64,000 nucleotides of DNA. Origin: Candidatus Bathyarchaeia archaeon. GTDB taxonomy: Archaea; Thermoproteota; Bathyarchaeia; Bathyarchaeales; Bathycorpusculaceae. The position numbers and the translations under genes are program-made. Below, piece after piece: positions 20,344 to 30,317 of this stretch (positions are counted from its first letter, which is position 1; every line of letters starts with the position of its first letter). The notes under the pieces were generated by a model that made no database searches, was not told the origin of the DNA, and worked only from the letters and a program-made list of their open reading frames with translations. The DNA is taken from NCBI GenBank assembly GCA_050012755.1, contig JBEKGO010000007.1, positions 1-64,000 of the forward strand. Reading direction: 5' to 3'.

Positions 20344-21069
20344 TTACTCTTTTTTGGCTTCTTGCATGCCCATAGCCATTCTGCCGGCTTTATCCTTGGG
20401 CTCCAAAAGTTCCTTGACTAAGTTAAATTGGCGTTTGTAAATATGGCAGTTTTTGGAGTGAAAAATCAGTTTGCCTGTTTTCAAACCGAGATTGGCTCGC
20501 TCGTTAATTTCAGAAACAAAAGCCTCATTAAACATCTGCAAACCCGCTATATTGGCTGGCAAACCAGCATAGGCATCCCACGAACGGAAATAGCATGTTA
20601 AATGCATTTTGCCGTCAAGGATTTCTGTGTCAATAAGGCTCAGGCAAGGAGGTTCATGACGTTCAGTGGTGCCTGGACGAAATAGCTTGATGTCTTCTGG
20701 CAGTCTTACTACCATTGTTATTTGTCGGTCATTTTGCTCTTTTGCGTAACGCTGGATGGCTTCTTCAACTTGGTCAACAGGTTCCCTTAGCCTGCTTCCA
20801 TAGGTGTAAGTTTCATCTTGTTTTCCTTCTCCGCACCACAAATACCTCAAGGCATACCACTGAACATACTTCATGTCGCAAGGTGCCTTATCAGCGACAA
20901 GCGGTCGATTCTCTGGACTTGTAATTTCGATTGATAAGTTGAGTTTCTTGGTTTCAGTTACTTCAGAACCGTAACCTACATTGAAGTTTTCGCCTTCTTT
21001 CCAAATTTGGTTTAATGTTTTGAACCAGGCGTCAGGGCAATCGAATGCATTAATCTTAACATGCTTCAT
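20344..21069 (-). CDS. thyA: thymidylate synthase (archaeal ThyA-like)
   Basis: YTYGSRL, PPCL, FRSWD...GLPAN, HIY; start at ATG 21069. Confidence 0.85.
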   Translation of the reverse strand: MKHVKINAFDCPDAWFKTLNQIWKEGENFNVGYGSEVTETKKLNLSIEITSPENRPLVADKAPCDMKYVQWYALRYLWCGEGKQDETYTYGSRLREPVDQVEEAIQRYAKEQNDRQITMVVRLPEDIKLFRPGTTERHEPPCLSLIDTEILDGKMHLTCYFRSWDAYAGLPANIAGLQMFNEAFVSEINERANLGLKTGKLIFHSKNCHIYKRQFNLVKELLEPKDKAGRMAMGMQEAKKE

Positions 21070-21195
21070 TGCAGGTCTCCAAGACACGGAATAATGTCTA
21101 TGCATTTGAATAATAAGTTTACTTAAAAACAAATAGAACAAAAACTACGAAAAAGTTTTTTTGAAAAAATGAAAAAAGAAGAAGAGTTTGGGTTT

Positions 21196-22872
21196 TTAGT
21201 AGGGCATTCCGCCGCCCATTCCGCCCATGCCACCCATTCCACCCATACCTCCCATTCCTCCAGGAGGCATTGGGGGCATTTTGCCGCCGCCTTTGATGCT
21301 GATTAAGTCATCGATTTTCAATATCATGTTTGCTGCTTCTGTGGCTGATTTTATTACTTGTTGCTTCACGCGAAGTGGCTCGAGGACTAGTAGGTCTTTC
21401 ATGTTTTTTATTTTGCCTGTTGAGACTTCTATTCCGAAGTATTGGCTGTCAGGTTTCTCGTGTTGCGCTCGGAGTGCTACCATGATGTCTATGGGATCTA
21501 AGCCTGCATTCTCTGCTAACGTGAGTGGGATTGCTTCAACTGCATCTGCATATGTTTCTACTGCTAGTTGTTCTCGTCCGCCGACTTTAACTGCGTAAGC
21601 GCGTAGACCTTTGGCTAGTTCTGCTTCTGGTGCGCCGCCGCCAGCAACGATTTTGCCATCTTCAATTGAATTGCGTACAACGCTTAAGCCGTCGTGTAGT
21701 GAGCGTTCTGCTTCATCGATGACTTGGTTAGATGCGCCTCTGATGACGATTGTCACAGCTTTGGGATTTTTGGCTTCTCGAACATATAGAAGTTTATCGT
21801 CGCCGATTTTTACTTCTTCAACACGTTTAGCTTTGCCAAGAACGTCAGCTTTAATGTCTTTTACGTTTGCAACTATTTGTGCTCCTGTAGCTTTGGACAA
21901 TTTTTCTATGTCGCTACTGCTTACGCTTTTAACGGCTAGAACTCCAGCTTTGCCTAGAAAATGCAGAACCATATCGTCTATGCCTTTTTCGCAGAAAACA
22001 ACGTTGGCGCCTGCTTTTGTAACTGAAGTAACCATCTCTTTGAGCATGCGTTCCTCTTCGTCGAGGAAAAGTTGCATTTGATTTGGACTTTCAATGTTTA
22101 TTTTAGCGTCAAACTCTGTCTTTTCAATTTCCATCTTCGCGTTCAAGAGAACGATTTTGGCACCTTCAATGATTTTTGGCATTTGTGAGCTTGCAATTTC
22201 TTTGTCGATGACCATACCTTTGACAAGTTCTGTTTCATCTAGGCTTTTTCCATGTTTCTTAACGACTTTTATTAGGTCAATGTCTGATACGTATTTGCCA
22301 TCTATTTTTTCTGTTACTTGTTTGACCGCTTCAACGATGATTTTTGCAAAGTGGTCTTCTGCAACGTTAATGCCTTTGCTAGATAGGGATGTAATTGCTA
22401 TATCCCTCAGAGTTTTGTCATCATCAAATGAAATGGGAATCGCGATCTTATCCAAAATTTCCTGAGCTTTCTCACTTGCTTTCCTAAAACCTTCAATAAT
22501 AACGGTTGGATGAACGTTTTTGTCAACCAAACCTTCAGCTTTAGAAAGTAATTCTCCCGCTAAAATCACTGCAGTTGTTGTTCCATCGCCAACTTCGTTG
22601 TCTTGAGCTTTTGCAACTTCAACGAGCATTTTTCCTGCTGGATGTTGAATGTCAAGCTCTTTCATTATGGTTGCGCCGTCATTAGTTATAGCGACATCGC
22701 CCATGCTGTTAACAAGCATTTTATCCATACCGCATGGACCAAGCGTGCTTTTTACTGATTCAGCAACTATTTTTGCCGCCATGATATTGTTTTTTAGCGC
22801 TTCGCGACCTGTTGATCGCCCTGTGCCTTCTTTTAATACTAGAACTGGAATGTTTCCTCCACCTTGAGACAT
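21196..22872 (-). CDS. ths: thermosome (group II chaperonin) subunit
   Basis: TLGP.GMDKML, TNDGATI, GDGTTT, GGM-repeat tail; GGTGA SD before ATG 22872. Confidence 0.97.
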   Translation of the reverse strand: MSQGGGNIPVLVLKEGTGRSTGREALKNNIMAAKIVAESVKSTLGPCGMDKMLVNSMGDVAITNDGATIMKELDIQHPAGKMLVEVAKAQDNEVGDGTTTAVILAGELLSKAEGLVDKNVHPTVIIEGFRKASEKAQEILDKIAIPISFDDDKTLRDIAITSLSSKGINVAEDHFAKIIVEAVKQVTEKIDGKYVSDIDLIKVVKKHGKSLDETELVKGMVIDKEIASSQMPKIIEGAKIVLLNAKMEIEKTEFDAKINIESPNQMQLFLDEEERMLKEMVTSVTKAGANVVFCEKGIDDMVLHFLGKAGVLAVKSVSSSDIEKLSKATGAQIVANVKDIKADVLGKAKRVEEVKIGDDKLLYVREAKNPKAVTIVIRGASNQVIDEAERSLHDGLSVVRNSIEDGKIVAGGGAPEAELAKGLRAYAVKVGGREQLAVETYADAVEAIPLTLAENAGLDPIDIMVALRAQHEKPDSQYFGIEVSTGKIKNMKDLLVLEPLRVKQQVIKSATEAANMILKIDDLISIKGGGKMPPMPPGGMGGMGGMGGMGGMGGGMPY

Positions 22873-23009
22873 AATTTCACCAAGTTTTTGTTTTTGAATA
22901 ATAACCGAATTCAACAATCAAATATTTAAATATAAATTTTTCCTAACAGCCAATACCATAGCTAACTTACGAATTAAGGTTATTCATGCGAGTTTACAGA
23001 TAAAATTAG

Positions 23010-24071
23010 CTATTCTGCCTTAATTATGCGGTAGCCTGATGCTTTGCGAAGCCTATTCATTACAGCTAAGCCCATTCCTTCAGAAGGAATACCTTCAGCG
23101 ATAATGACATCAACTTTTTCAGCGTCAACTTCCCTCAATAGACGAAATAAGTTTTGTGCAATAATTGCCAAATTGAATCGGCTGCCAAGAGACTTAACTA
23201 CGGCGGCTTTGTAGGATTTTTGAGTTTCATCTGTAGCTAAAATGCCCACTTTTGCATCTTTAAGTGCATATGCGTTAGCTAGTTCTTGTATTTTGTTTTT
23301 GACAGCTGAGACTGTTCCTTCAACCAAAATGACTTCTGCATTTGGCGCGTAATGTCTATGTTTCATTCCTGGAGATTTTATCTTTTCTAGGGGCAGTTCC
23401 TTTTCTGCTTCGACAAAAGGGTGAAGCTGCACGTTGCCGAGAACTTGTTTTAGCGCTTCATATGTCGTTCCACCTGGACGAAGAACCATTGGAGGATCAA
23501 CGCTTAAGTCTAAAACAGTGGATTCGACACCGATAGTGGTTCGTCCTCCGTCAAGGATGAGATCGATTCTTCCGTTGAGATCTTCATAAACATGCTTCGC
23601 AGTTGTTGGGCTGGGTTTGCCTGCCAGATTTGCGCTCGGGGCAGCAATGGGACAATTGCTTTGTTTGATTAATGCGAGCGCGACTTTATGTTTTGGCATC
23701 CGAATTGCAACGGTATCTAAACCCGCCACCGTCACGTTTGGAACTATGCTAGAACGCTTAAAAATCAGCGTTAAAGGACCCGGCCAAAACTCTCTCATAA
23801 TCAACTCAGCTTTTTCAGGAACCTCTTGTGCTAATTTGTAAACTTCGCGTGCGTCTGCTATATGTATGATTGGTGGGTTATCTAAGGGTCTTTTTTTGGC
23901 TTCAAAAAGTGCTAAAACCGCAGTCGTGTTGAGGGCGTCTGCGCCTAATCCGTAAACGGTTTCAGTTGGAAAAGCCACCAAACCGCCATTTTGAATAATT
24001 TGTGCTGCAGTCTGAATTCTTGCTGGGTTAGGGTTTTCTGGGTTGACTTTTAAGAGAAGAGTTTGTTTCAT
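23010..24071 (-). CDS. sua5: L-threonylcarbamoyladenylate synthase (Sua5)
   Basis: FPTETVYGLGA, KKRP.DNP, PSANL, PGMKHRHYAP, C-terminal SUA5 domain. Confidence 0.96.
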   Translation of the reverse strand: MKQTLLLKVNPENPNPARIQTAAQIIQNGGLVAFPTETVYGLGADALNTTAVLALFEAKKRPLDNPPIIHIADAREVYKLAQEVPEKAELIMREFWPGPLTLIFKRSSIVPNVTVAGLDTVAIRMPKHKVALALIKQSNCPIAAPSANLAGKPSPTTAKHVYEDLNGRIDLILDGGRTTIGVESTVLDLSVDPPMVLRPGGTTYEALKQVLGNVQLHPFVEAEKELPLEKIKSPGMKHRHYAPNAEVILVEGTVSAVKNKIQELANAYALKDAKVGILATDETQKSYKAAVVKSLGSRFNLAIIAQNLFRLLREVDAEKVDVIIAEGIPSEGMGLAVMNRLRKASGYRIIKAE

Positions 24072-24574
24072 TGAAGTTGCCTTTTTAGTTCCAGTACCAC
24101 AGATGTTTCAATTTGTCGCTCAGGAATGCACCAATACTTCTTTAAGAGTTTATTCCTTTCCTCTTTCGATACCAGTTAGAACCCATGTTTCTCATAAAAC
24201 TTTATTGCCCAACCTGCCGCTTCCCAAGTTCCAACATAAACCTTTGATGTTTGAACTAAACTGAGCAGGTAGGTGAGTAGTTTTTCGCCGAATCCCATTC
24301 GCTGGTGACTTGTCAAAACGTAGGCATGCCTGATTAATGTGACATCGTTGACCCTTTGTATCCCCATGACAGCAATCGACGCGCCTTTTTCTTTTAAGCC
24401 ATAAAATTGTACTCCTCTTCGGATTTCTTCTTTAAGCTCTTGCTCTGGCAGGTAAGGAATTTTCCACCTGTCCGCTGGGATTTTTCCTTTGTAAACTGTT
24501 GAAGCATCATTCACTACCGTCAAGATGTCTTGGAAATCAATGTTTGTTAATTTACAAATCATCTGGGTTTTCAC
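24068..24574 (-). pseudogene. GNAT acetyltransferase interrupted by an in-frame TAA
   Basis: ...FYEKHGF*LVSKEERNKLLKKYWCIPERQIETSVVLELKRQLQ*; the read-through stop overlaps the sua5 ATG. Confidence 0.7.
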
Positions 24575-24604
24575 GGTTTAGATTAGGCTGGAAATGGCTG
24601 ATTT

Positions 24605-24976
24605 TTAGGTTGCGATTGGTTCCTTCTGGTTTTCGGACTTGATAAGTTTATCAACAAGATGCATGAAGAATTCTTGCGCTTGTATCTCACCTATTTTATC
24701 TAAGTAAACGGAAACCATGGCGATTTTTCCTTTTTTTGATGCAACATATTCAGCAAACATTCTTGCAGAAATTTCATTTTTGTCACCTAAAAGCACTGAC
24801 GAAGTAGCAGTTCCAACCGTGTCTTTGCCTTTGGGAACCGCAATTGCCAAGGTCCCAAGTTTATCTTCTTTTTCGCTAAGCATAATCATGCATGAGTTTT
24901 TTGCTTCTACACAAACAGCTAGAAAATGCATGTCTCTTTCAAGTATCTCTTTCTTAACGACTTTGGCACGTTCCAT
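24605..24976 (-). CDS. proteasome assembly chaperone 4 (PAC4/PSMG4)-like protein
   Basis: LGTLAIAVP...SSVLLGD....ARMFAEYVA.K.GK...VSVYL aligns by eye to the PSMG4 core; 123 aa. Confidence 0.6.
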   Translation of the reverse strand: MERAKVVKKEILERDMHFLAVCVEAKNSCMIMLSEKEDKLGTLAIAVPKGKDTVGTATSSVLLGDKNEISARMFAEYVASKKGKIAMVSVYLDKIGEIQAQEFFMHLVDKLIKSENQKEPIAT

Positions 24977-25108
24977 AAACTTTTTCCCTCAAAGGTTGCT
25001 ATAGTTTAGACTGCTTAAAAAGACTTCACCAAACAATTACGTTTAAAACCGCAAAGCAAAAGAACTTCTATACATCAACCTTTCGGTTAACAAACCATAG
25101 GTCAATAA

Positions 25109-25807
25109 ATGACTCGGACGTCAAAGATCAGAATGAACACAAAAAATAAGAAAATCGCAGGAGTTGGCATAGCTATCTTAATTTTAGCTTTAGGTTTAAT
25201 AGTGGTTTTTTCACAAAATCTTGCAAGCACCAGTGGTGATAGCAAATTAGCCCGTGTTGCATGCCTTGGTGACAGCATCACTGAGTTGACAGGCTATCCA
25301 GAGGACCTGCAGAAGCTGATGGGCAATGCTTCAGTTGTATGTAATTTTGGTTTTAGTGGTTCAACAGTAATTTTCGACTCTACCGAACCATACTTTTTTG
25401 AACATGAATTCAAAAATGCCAAAGCTTTTGGGCCGACAACCGTTATTATAATGCTTGGAACCAACGACGCCCACCCAGACGTTTATTCATCAATTAGCGA
25501 TTTCGTGCCAAATTACGAGATAATGATACGAAGCATACAGGCAATAAGCAGTAAACCACAAATTTTTCTGGTAGAGCCGCCCCCAATATTTAACAACACA
25601 CTCGGAGTAAACATCGACAGTTATGTGCAAGGAGTAATTCCTCGCATACAAGAAGTAGCAAATCAGACTGGCGTACATTTAATAGATGTTTACACGCCTT
25701 TGCTTAATCATCCTGAATATTTTACGGATGGCCTCCACCCCAACAGTGACGGTGCGAAGATAATTGCCAACATAATTTATAAGGCAATCACTTCAAATTC
25801 ATCATAG
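25109..25807 (+). CDS. membrane-anchored SGNH/GDSL esterase
   Basis: GDSIT, NFGFSG, GTND, DGLHP; N-terminal TM. Confidence 0.92.
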   Translation: MTRTSKIRMNTKNKKIAGVGIAILILALGLIVVFSQNLASTSGDSKLARVACLGDSITELTGYPEDLQKLMGNASVVCNFGFSGSTVIFDSTEPYFFEHEFKNAKAFGPTTVIIMLGTNDAHPDVYSSISDFVPNYEIMIRSIQAISSKPQIFLVEPPPIFNNTLGVNIDSYVQGVIPRIQEVANQTGVHLIDVYTPLLNHPEYFTDGLHPNSDGAKIIANIIYKAITSNSS

Positions 25808-25811
25808 ATTG

Positions 25812-26891
25812 TTACCCTATCAGTTTTCTGAGAACAGGCACTTTTTTCATTAACAAAACTAAACCTAAAGTGATGAAAAAAGTAAGCATGGCGAGTAATG
25901 GAATTTCAATAATTGGGTTTAACGTGGAAAAGCTTAGTTTGAATCCGAGCAAGCCTCTTTCGAATGTCTCTAAAATTATTACATGAAACAGGAAAATAGG
26001 TAGAGTGTTTTTGCTAATGGCTTGAACAACTTTGCTGGATACCTTGTGATTAGTTCCTGGCCAATCTGGACGAAACTTTAGCAGAATCAAAAACAGAGCT
26101 ACTGACCCTACGATTACGTTTATTGTAAGGTACCCAAAAAAGAAGTTGCCTTGTCCTAAGGTATTTAATGGGTAATACATGAGCCAAATTCCAAACACTG
26201 TTGAAGCAATACCTAAAATTAATAAAACGTAAAGCAAAGCAGACCGCAATTTTATGGTCTGCAAGTATATGCCTAGTACAAAGTAGCCGATGAATCCGCC
26301 GATTAAGAAGACAGCGGTGTTTAAGGTGTTGCCACTGGCAAATTGTGCAAGAGGCACAATAGCGACACCTATGAACCAGAGCAGAATTAGGTATCGAATA
26401 ATCTTGGGGTCGCCCTTAGCTATCACGACTCTTAGGATCGGCGTAATCAAGTAAAGGCCAACTAGCAGGTAAATAAACCAGAACTGGTAATAAGCACCCG
26501 TAAACAGGTCACGGATTATTCCTAGACCAATATTGCTCAATGTAACTGGAGTTTGGGTAATGAAAAAACTCCATGCAAGATACACTGCACTCCAAAAAGC
26601 AAAAGCTAATCCAATACGGGTTAATCGTTTCTTGAGGAACACGCGAATTGGTTCATCGAGTTTAGCAGGCTGAAGCAACAGAGCCCCGCTTAACATTACA
26701 AACAGCGGCACACAAGACAAAGACACGCTTTTGTAAACGACAGCGGTCCACCAGTAAGCCGCTGGCACAGAAGATGCTTGCAAAGCTTCATTTGATGCAT
26801 GCAGAAGTACGACCAAAAAAAGGGCTAAGGTGCGGATAAGGTCGTCTGGAATAGCAAGCCTCTTACTTGAATCCAAACTCTGCCCTTCCAA
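25812..26891 (-). CDS. acyltransferase family 3 (WecH/OafA-like)
   Basis: DLIR.LA..LVVLLH, VPLFVMLSG, YQFWFIY; about 10 TM. Confidence 0.92.
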   Translation of the reverse strand: MEGQSLDSSKRLAIPDDLIRTLALFLVVLLHASNEALQASSVPAAYWWTAVVYKSVSLSCVPLFVMLSGALLLQPAKLDEPIRVFLKKRLTRIGLAFAFWSAVYLAWSFFITQTPVTLSNIGLGIIRDLFTGAYYQFWFIYLLVGLYLITPILRVVIAKGDPKIIRYLILLWFIGVAIVPLAQFASGNTLNTAVFLIGGFIGYFVLGIYLQTIKLRSALLYVLLILGIASTVFGIWLMYYPLNTLGQGNFFFGYLTINVIVGSVALFLILLKFRPDWPGTNHKVSSKVVQAISKNTLPIFLFHVIILETFERGLLGFKLSFSTLNPIIEIPLLAMLTFFITLGLVLLMKKVPVLRKLIG

Positions 26892-27108
26892 TCAAAAGCG
26901 CCCTTAAGCGTGATATAGAGTATTTGCCTAGCAAATAACTTATAAAAGTACTTGTTTACTGCAACAAAATTGGTCAGAAATAACTGAAGTTGAAAATCAA
27001 TTTTTCGACTTTAAATCAATCGCATTATTGGTCGCAGCGGTTTTTTCCTAAGAAGAAAGCAATTACGTTAAGCCTTATTAGCGAAAAGAAGCAAAATGTA
27101 GACATGTT

Positions 27109-28185
27109 ATGCAGCAGGGAAAGAAATTAACTCCAGAGAGAGGACTCTCTATTCCCGTAGACCTTATCCGAACAATAGCCATAGTAGGCGTAATCCTGCT
27201 ACATGCTGCTAACGATTTAACCATTCAACAAATGGGTCAATTAGAAATCGTACGTTGGTGGACTGTGGATATTTACCAAAGTTTGGGACGATTAGGAGTT
27301 CCATTGTTTGTGATGTTAACTGGTGCTCTTCTGCTTCAGCCTTCAAAAAATGAAAGCCTCAGTGTTTTTTTCAAGAAACGATGGGCTAGAATTGGGTTAC
27401 CATTCATCTTCTGGGGAGCCATTTACTTTGCATATGACTTTCTCGTTTTACATCAAGCAATCACTACAAATGCAATCGTTCAAGGCATACTAACAGGTCC
27501 ATACTACCAATTTTGGTACCTCTACATGCTGATAGGACTGTATCTTCTAACGCCAATCTTACGCATACTGATAGCCCATGCAGATAACAAGATAATGAAA
27601 TACTTCACAATATTGTGGTTTCTGGGCGCATCCATCATACCGTTCGCAGGTTTGTTAACAACATACCATTTGGACAGCAATGTTCTAACAATTACAGGTA
27701 TGGTAGGCTATTTCGTTTTAGGTGCAGTTCTTCTAACAGTAAAGATGCGCCGCTCAGTTATCGCAATAATTATGGCTATTGGAATGGCGCTAACTGTGAT
27801 TGGCACCTACGCGCTTGCCGCCACTATAGGAGGAGGAACAATGTTTTTCTTCCAAGAATATTTTAGCCCAACATTGATTCTTGCGTCAGTTATGTTGTTC
27901 CTGCTTTTAACCACTCTTAAACCGCCTGAAGAGCACAAAGAAGTAATCCCATCCAAAGGCAATAAACTTCTTAAAGTGATCAGCCAAAATACGTTACCGC
28001 TATTTTTGTTTCACGTAATGGTCCTTGAGTCCCTTCAAGCAGGCTACTTCGGTTTTGCGATTAACGGAAACACAATAAATTCAATAATTGGAGTTCCATT
28101 GATGACTGCTGTTACATTGTTGATTTGCCTTGCCGTAATTATTCCTTTGAAAAAGGTACCCGTGTTAAAGCAATTAATCGGCTAA
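27109..28185 (+). CDS. acyltransferase family 3 (paralog)
   Basis: DLIRTIA..GVILLH, VPLFVMLTG, YQFWYLY. Confidence 0.92.
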   Translation: MQQGKKLTPERGLSIPVDLIRTIAIVGVILLHAANDLTIQQMGQLEIVRWWTVDIYQSLGRLGVPLFVMLTGALLLQPSKNESLSVFFKKRWARIGLPFIFWGAIYFAYDFLVLHQAITTNAIVQGILTGPYYQFWYLYMLIGLYLLTPILRILIAHADNKIMKYFTILWFLGASIIPFAGLLTTYHLDSNVLTITGMVGYFVLGAVLLTVKMRRSVIAIIMAIGMALTVIGTYALAATIGGGTMFFFQEYFSPTLILASVMLFLLLTTLKPPEEHKEVIPSKGNKLLKVISQNTLPLFLFHVMVLESLQAGYFGFAINGNTINSIIGVPLMTAVTLLICLAVIIPLKKVPVLKQLIG

Positions 28186-28283
28186 TGCCTCATCTGCTCT
28201 TTTGCAGGTAACCGGTTTAAAGGATGGTTTATCGTAAATAAGATAAGAGAGAGTCCTTCGGTATTGTATAGTAGGCTTAGGGC

Positions 28284-29570
28284 ATGAGTAGTCCCAGAAA
28301 AGTTAGAAAATATTTGCTTCCAACCTTGCTGATACTTATTCTGGCGATTTCCATTCCAGCAACTTACATGGTGTTTTCAAGCGTAAACAAGCCTAAAGCG
28401 AACCCAGGCGCTTACATCGGAGTTGCTTTCTGCGGAAACACCACTCAAGAAGCTGAACTGCTGATTGATAGGGTGAAAAGTTATACAAACCTATTCATCT
28501 TGGATGCAGGCGTAAACGTTCGAGCGAACCAAACAACTGTTGAGGAAATTTGCGATTATGCTGTTGCTAATGGTTTAAGCGTTATCATAAACATGGGAAT
28601 CAAAGACGTTACTAACCCCGCGAGTTGGAATTGGTTCTGGCAAACCCAATCTCTTGATGCTATTAAGCAGCGCTGGACCCAGCGTTGGGGTGACAAATTT
28701 CTAGGTATATACTATAATGATGAAGTCGGCGGATTACAGTTGGATGCAAACTGGAGAACCTTTTACACGATTTTTGGATCCCGCCTAAACAAAATAGGCG
28801 TACCAGTAGCTGAGGATTTGGATGCTATTAAACTTAAGATGCAAGCTTACTTGGACAACGGGACGTTACCTACAAACTATGATTTGGAAGCCAATTTTTT
28901 TGTGAATGATGTTATGGGGATGGATCCTGGAGTTCAAAATTTAACTGCTGCTAAAATCCCAATGTTCATCTCTGATTACGGCTTGTACTGGTGGGATTAT
29001 TTGGGCGGATATAGTACGGTTTTTACAGAGTTAGGTTGGAACGTCAGTGTGGCTGAGCAGATAGCACAAGTTAAGGGTGCAGCGCGTATGCAAGGGAAAG
29101 ATTGGGGCGTCATGATAACTTGGACATATGAACAGTGGCCGTATCTTGCTGAAGGAGACGAAATTTACAATCAAATGTTAACATCTTATGAGGCAGGCGC
29201 TAAATACATTGCAGTTTTTAATTATCCGTATAATGGAAGCGTTTATGGAGCCATGGATAACGGCGGCCAGTTTCTTGCGCTCCAAAGGTTCTGGGACGAC
29301 ATAACCACCAAAAAGTTTCCTAATTTAAGCGCTCCTGAAGCCGCTTTGGTGCTGCCTCACAACTTCGGCTGGGGCATGCGTAACCCTAATGATACCATTT
29401 GGGGGTTCTGGTTAAGCGACAATAGAACTCAAATGATTGGAACCGAAATCAGCATGCTTCTCGCCAAGTACGGTCCAGCACTTGACATAGTATTCGACGA
29501 TACAGCCTACCCTGTTTCGAATGTGCCTTACCAGCATGTTTACTATTGGAATCAGACAATTAATCTGTAG
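28284..29570 (+). CDS. membrane-anchored extracellular protein, possible glycoside-hydrolase-like TIM barrel
   Basis: N-terminal TM, Trp-rich, GIYYNDE and FTELGW motifs. Confidence 0.7.
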   Translation: MSSPRKVRKYLLPTLLILILAISIPATYMVFSSVNKPKANPGAYIGVAFCGNTTQEAELLIDRVKSYTNLFILDAGVNVRANQTTVEEICDYAVANGLSVIINMGIKDVTNPASWNWFWQTQSLDAIKQRWTQRWGDKFLGIYYNDEVGGLQLDANWRTFYTIFGSRLNKIGVPVAEDLDAIKLKMQAYLDNGTLPTNYDLEANFFVNDVMGMDPGVQNLTAAKIPMFISDYGLYWWDYLGGYSTVFTELGWNVSVAEQIAQVKGAARMQGKDWGVMITWTYEQWPYLAEGDEIYNQMLTSYEAGAKYIAVFNYPYNGSVYGAMDNGGQFLALQRFWDDITTKKFPNLSAPEAALVLPHNFGWGMRNPNDTIWGFWLSDNRTQMIGTEISMLLAKYGPALDIVFDDTAYPVSNVPYQHVYYWNQTINL

Positions 29571-29647
29571 GGTTATTGTTCGCTGTTTCCTTGTTGGAAA
29601 CGCTTAATTAAGAGCTTATCTTATTGCTGGATACGGATGGATAAAAT

Positions 29648-30019
29648 TTGAGTGACGAAATTTCCAAGTTACCGCCTAACGTGCAAGAAAGGCTTCTCAG
29701 ATTACAACAGTTGCAGCAAACCTTACAATCAATTTTGGCGCAGAAACAGCAGGTTGAGATGGAAAAAACAGAGGTCGAACAAACAATCGCTGAACTTCAG
29801 AAAACCGCCGAAGATGCAGTGATTTACAAGGCTATAGGTTCATTGCTGGTTAAAGCGGAGAAACCAAAAGTGACTGAAGATTTAGTTGAGCGAAAAGAGC
29901 TTTTGGACACAAGAAGCACGGTTTTGGCAAGGCAAGAAGAAAGAATGCGTAGCCAAGTAAAAGAAGCGCAGACTAAACTCCAAGAAGACTTAAGTCCAGT
30001 TTCTCAGCCATCATCTTAA
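29648..30019 (+). CDS. pfdB: prefoldin beta subunit
   Basis: Coiled coil with IYKAIGSLLVK hairpin. Confidence 0.93.
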   Translation: MSDEISKLPPNVQERLLRLQQLQQTLQSILAQKQQVEMEKTEVEQTIAELQKTAEDAVIYKAIGSLLVKAEKPKVTEDLVERKELLDTRSTVLARQEERMRSQVKEAQTKLQEDLSPVSQPSS

Positions 30020-30020
30020 G

Positions 30021-30317
30021 GTGACGCTTGTGGTAGAGCTGGGTATACCAGAGCTAACCACTGAGCAGATAGAAACTTTATGTTCAACTGCTGAGAACGC
30101 AGCAAGAAAATATGTTCTCTCCAAGGTTTCTTCTAAAATGGTTGACAGATTAGATATTAGTGTTGAAGCTGCAGGGTCAAAACCAGTAAACGTTACTGTA
30201 GAGGTTGACCTTGTTTTAACGCCTCAAGCTGAAGGCGTCGATGCCAAGGATTTGGTTAAGGAAGCCACAAATGAAGCACACAAAGCAACTGAAAACTACT
30301 TGAGAAAAATAAAATGA
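30021..30317 (+). CDS. DUF3194-like protein
   Basis: GIPELT.EQ...L...AE..AR; position after prefoldin beta. Confidence 0.7.
   Translation: MTLVVELGIPELTTEQIETLCSTAENAARKYVLSKVSSKMVDRLDISVEAAGSKPVNVTVEVDLVLTPQAEGVDAKDLVKEATNEAHKATENYLRKIK

Noticed and set aside
20344-21069. ThyA-like gene as a DNA hypermodification enzyme
   Set aside because: Housekeeping context and standard archaeal ThyA motifs; no linked modification genes
21199-21290. ccgcccat-type repeats
   Set aside because: They encode the normal GGM tail of the thermosome
24176-24178. Selenocysteine or pyrrolysine recoding in the GNAT gene
   Set aside because: The stop is TAA, which is not recoded by either system
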